Under the pieces are notes generated by a model. That model saw only the letters and a list, made by a program, of their open reading frames with translations, was not told where the DNA came from and searched no databases. Shown here in pieces: positions 8,086-11,135 of a DNA stretch of 11,135 bases; position 1 is the stretch's first letter, and each line of letters starts with the position of its first letter. The stretch is taken from contig JAGGYF010000014.1 in the NCBI GenBank assembly GCA_021162685.1, positions 1-11,135 of the forward strand, given 5' to 3'. This DNA comes from Candidatus Iainarchaeum sp. Lineage in GTDB: Archaea; B1Sed10-29; WALL01. The position numbers and the translations under genes are program-made.

Positions 8086-9843
8086 ATGTGTGGTATCATA
8101 GGATATAAAGGATTGAGGAATGCCAGTGATGTTGTTATAAATGGACTAAAACGCTTGGAATATAGAGGGTATGATTCTTGGGGAATGGCCCTCATTGGCT
8201 CTGATATGAACGTTGTGAAGAATGTTGGCAAGATCGGAGAAGTAGATGAGATTAATGTTGGGGAGGCACATATTGGTATAGGACATACACGATGGAGTAC
8301 ACATGGAAAGGTAAACAAGCTTAATGCACATCCGCACCTGTCATGCGATAAGAAGATTGCAATTGTACATAATGGTATTATTGAGAACTATCAGGAAATG
8401 CGAAGATACCTTATATCAAAAGACCATGTGTTTGTTTCAGATACAGACTCTGAGGTGATTGCACACCTTATTGAGGAACACATGAAAACGGTGGACTTTG
8501 TGGAGGCTGTTAGGAGGGCTGTTAATGAGTTAAAAGGAAGTTATGCAATTGTTGCTATGCATAAAGATATGAAATATCTTGTTGGAGCGAAGAAGGATTC
8601 ACCCCTTGTCATAGGTGTCGGAGAAAACGAATTGTTTTTTGCATCAGATGTTCCTGCCTTTCTGGAATACACAAGAGATGTTGTATTCATGGATGATGGT
8701 GAGCTAGCAGTACTAAATAGTGGTGTTGAAATCTTTGACATAGAAACAGGGAAGAAGAAAAAAAAGGACATAACACATGTTGATTGGAGTGCAGAGCAAG
8801 CATCAAAGGGAGAATTTGAGCACTTTATGATGAAAGAGATCTCTGAGCAGAATAGGACAATAAAACAGGCGCTCTCACACAGCAGAGATACCATAGAGGA
8901 TATTGCGAACAGAATAAACAATGCATTTGGTATATTCTTTGTTGCATGTGGAAGCTCGTATCATGCTGCACTAACCGCCTCATACATCTTCTCAAAAATA
9001 GCAAAAAAACACATCAATGTTGTTGTTGCCTCTGAATTCCCATACTACAAGGACTTTCTAACAGATAGGACATTGATGATGCCAATATCGCAATCAGGAG
9101 AAACAGCAGATGTACTACAAGCAGTTAAAACAGCAAAAGAGAAGGGAACGCATGTTGTCTCAATAGTGAATGTTGTGGGAAGTTCGTTGTACAGGCAATC
9201 TGATTATGCATTAACAATGAACGCGGGGCCTGAGATCTGTGTATTATCAACAAAAACATATACCTCTCAATTAACGTTGCTTACACTTCTAGCATACGCA
9301 TGTGCTGGAAAAATAGATGAAGGAAAGTTACTTCTTGAGAGGGTAGCAAAGGAGGTTGAAGAATTAACATCTCCTGAAACTAGAATCAGGCTTGTTGAAC
9401 TTGCATCAAAACTGAAAGATAAAAAGAACATATTTGTGATAGGTAGAGGGGTAAATTATCCTACTGCACTTGAAGCAGCATTAAAGATAAAAGAAGTATC
9501 CTATATACATGCAGAAGGATTCCCAGGTGGAGAGCTAAAGCATGGAACAATAGCACTCATCTCAGAAGGCACACCTTGTATAGTGCTTGCTCCAAATGAT
9601 GAAACCAGGGAGGAGATAATAAGCAATGCAATGGAAATAAAATCAAGAGGAGGGTACATCATAGGTATAAGCCCAGAGAACAATGAGGTATTTGACTTCC
9701 ACATAAAGGTTCCTGATGAGGGGATTGCATCATCCATACTCAATATCATACCCATACAAATACTTGCGTATTATCTTGCTGTGCTGAGAGGATGTGACCC
9801 AGACAAACCAAGAAACCTAGCAAAATCCGTGACTGTAAAATAA
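8086..9843 (+). CDS. glmS: Glutamine--fructose-6-phosphate aminotransferase (isomerizing)
   Basis: N-terminal MCGII nucleophile, RLEYRGYDSWG, GHTRWSTHG, NAHPH, HNGIIEN, SDTDSEVIAHL, SQSGETAD, ELKHG and C-terminal PRNLAKSVTV. Confidence 0.99.
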   Translation: MCGIIGYKGLRNASDVVINGLKRLEYRGYDSWGMALIGSDMNVVKNVGKIGEVDEINVGEAHIGIGHTRWSTHGKVNKLNAHPHLSCDKKIAIVHNGIIENYQEMRRYLISKDHVFVSDTDSEVIAHLIEEHMKTVDFVEAVRRAVNELKGSYAIVAMHKDMKYLVGAKKDSPLVIGVGENELFFASDVPAFLEYTRDVVFMDDGELAVLNSGVEIFDIETGKKKKKDITHVDWSAEQASKGEFEHFMMKEISEQNRTIKQALSHSRDTIEDIANRINNAFGIFFVACGSSYHAALTASYIFSKIAKKHINVVVASEFPYYKDFLTDRTLMMPISQSGETADVLQAVKTAKEKGTHVVSIVNVVGSSLYRQSDYALTMNAGPEICVLSTKTYTSQLTLLTLLAYACAGKIDEGKLLLERVAKEVEELTSPETRIRLVELASKLKDKKNIFVIGRGVNYPTALEAALKIKEVSYIHAEGFPGGELKHGTIALISEGTPCIVLAPNDETREEIISNAMEIKSRGGYIIGISPENNEVFDFHIKVPDEGIASSILNIIPIQILAYYLAVLRGCDPDKPRNLAKSVTVK

Positions 9844-9860
9844 CGAAATCCTTTTAAATA
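9844..9860 (+). promoter_or_regulatory. BRE/TATA promoter of the histone gene
   Basis: CGAAATCC-TTTTAAATA directly after the glmS stop codon. AGGTG RBS at 9888-9892. Confidence 0.65.
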
Positions 9861-9898
9861 AGTTCTTTGTAGAAATATAGGTAAAAAAGGTGTTTTTT

Positions 9899-10102
9899 AT
9901 GGGAGATCTACCAAGAGCAGCAGTTGAAAGGTTAATAAGGAATGCAGGGGCTAAGAGAGTAAGTGCAAGCGCTGCTGAAGCACTTGCAGAGGTATTAGAG
10001 GATGTTGCAATGGATATCGCAGCAGAAGCAACATTACTGGCAAAGCATGCTGGGAGAAAGACTGTTACAGCAAAGGACATAAAATTAGCAGCGAAAACCT
10101 AG
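9899..10102 (+). CDS. Archaeal histone (HMfA/HMfB family)
   Basis: MGDLPRAAVERLIRNAGAKRVS...AKHAGRKTVTAKDIKLA is a canonical archaeal histone fold of 67 aa. Start re-called to ATG 9899, downstream of the AGGTG RBS. Confidence 0.97.
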   Translation: MGDLPRAAVERLIRNAGAKRVSASAAEALAEVLEDVAMDIAAEATLLAKHAGRKTVTAKDIKLAAKT

Positions 10103-10296
10103 GGGTTTTTGTCTCTGTTCTTCCAAACAACCTGAGGAGTGTATCCCAAAAACTTATTGAGGTATTGGATAATCTCCTCCTTTGTTGCTAATGGGATGCT
10201 TTTTGTTTGCACAAACCCATCTGTACTATAACTTGTTATTATTGTTCTGTTGCCTTTATTCTCAACCACAACTCTAACTACACGCATGCTAACCAT
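10099..10296 (-). CDS. Small hypothetical protein (about 65 aa)
   Basis: The ATG at 10296 overlaps the upstream stop codon (TAATG), and its own stop overlaps the histone stop (CTAG). Sequence MVSMRVVRVVVENKGNRTIITSYSTDGFVQTKS...; alternative start at 10287. Confidence 0.65.
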   Translation of the reverse strand: MVSMRVVRVVVENKGNRTIITSYSTDGFVQTKSIPLATKEEIIQYLNKFLGYTPQVVWKNRDKNP

Positions 10297-11135
10297 TATG
10301 AAACAATTTGGACTGCTGTTGAGTTTACAGGTTCTCCACAACCTGTCCCATCACAAGGAGTTACCTCACATATCCATTGTTCATCAACTGCAAGATTGCT
10401 GTTGTCCACAGTACTTCCTGAAATGCCTGTATCGCTCCATGTTGTTCCATTATCAGTACTTTTAAACCATTTGAACGTACTTGCGTCTGAGTCGTTATCA
10501 TCATCAATGAAGGAGTACGTACAAGTTAAATTATCGCCAGCTGTGACATTTGCTGGGCTTGGAGTTATTGTGACATCTTCCACACTTGGTTCACTATTGT
10601 TTATTGTTAGAACTGATGAATTTACTGGGTTACCATAATCTATTCCGTCGCTTGGTGTATACTCACAGATTATCTCATCTCCTTTAGCAAAATTTGAGCT
10701 TGAAAGTGTTTTTGATGTCTCCCCTGCTATTTCCGTTCCATTTATGAACCATCTAAATGTTGAGCCAGATTCTGCATCGCCATCTGGGTCCGAAAATGTG
10801 CCATTGCATGTTAAATCAGTTGTAGTATATGCAGGATCTGGTGTGATAGAAACATCTGTTATGTTTGGTGGATTGTTGGGCTCAGCTGTCGTGAAATTAT
10901 AAACATCGCTCTCCTTACAATTTCCAGATGCATCACATGATTTAACTTTGTAATAGTATGTAGTATTTGATGTTAATCCACTAAGTTTGATTGAATGTGA
11001 TGTTACACTGCTATTATCTGTTACAGTATTATCAAGTGTGCTTGAACTTGTACCATAATATACAGTGCTGTTGCTTGACTCATCCGTTGTCCATGTTATT
11101 GTAGCGTTTTCTGTTGTGATGGATGTTGCAGTAAC
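10296..11135 (-). CDS. 3' part of an extracellular FN3 + tandem Ig-like repeat protein (5' end outside the window)
   Basis: The frame is open from 11135 to TAA 10298-10296 (279 aa, translated by hand). It has an FN3 domain (ATITWTTDE...HSIKLSGLTSNTTYYYKVKSCDASGN...FTT) followed by two repeats of about 95 aa. The ORF-track entry 10296..10583 is only its last domain. Confidence 0.9.
   Translation of the reverse strand, partial: VTATSITTENATITWTTDESSNSTVYYGTSSSTLDNTVTDNSSVTSHSIKLSGLTSNTTYYYKVKSCDASGNCKESDVYNFTTAEPNNPPNITDVSITPDPAYTTTDLTCNGTFSDPDGDAESGSTFRWFINGTEIAGETSKTLSSSNFAKGDEIICEYTPSDGIDYGNPVNSSVLTINNSEPSVEDVTITPSPANVTAGDNLTCTYSFIDDDNDSDASTFKWFKSTDNGTTWSDTGISGSTVDNSNLAVDEQWICEVTPCDGTGCGEPVNSTAVQIVS
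10299..10877 (-). repeat. Two tandem Ig-like protein domain repeats
   Basis: Repeat 1 (10877-10599) and repeat 2 (10598-10299) share NxxPxxxDVxITP...LTC...FxDxDxD...STFxWF...ICExTPxDG...GxPVNS. Confidence 0.85.

Noticed and set aside
9899-10102. Unusual or tailed histone variant
   Set aside because: With the RBS-supported start it is a standard 67-aa singlet with the canonical AGA loop and RKTV motif, and no tail.
10207-10638. 143-aa and 71-aa + strand ORFs
   Set aside because: Antisense to the FN3/Ig-repeat gene and the small coupled ORF.

Overview
Compact, AT-rich archaeal chromosomal window. It carries an archaeal histone, an AK6/Fap7 kinase, TATA/BRE promoters and GGTG/GGAG ribosome-binding sites; the tight packing and gene content suggest a DPANN-type archaeon (inference only). 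Left to right: a + strand thyX / stand-alone NAD(P)HX dehydratase / Na+/Ca2+ exchanger cluster; a - strand AK6 kinase followed by a 1259-aa secreted, C-terminally anchored protein of unknown function; a small 2-TM protein; an ArsR-type wHTH regulator fused to an S-layer-C-like domain, divergent from glmS; a histone; a 65-aa hypothetical; and the 3' end of a sequon-rich FN3 + Ig-repeat surface protein cut by the window edge. The most notable feature is a pair of near-identical 23-bp pseudo-palindromic sites in the regulator-glmS spacer, one just downstream of the regulator's TATA box and one abutting the glmS BRE. This suggests a dedicated archaeal transcriptional circuit controlling hexosamine synthesis. 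No rRNA, tRNA, CRISPR or mobile element was recognised.
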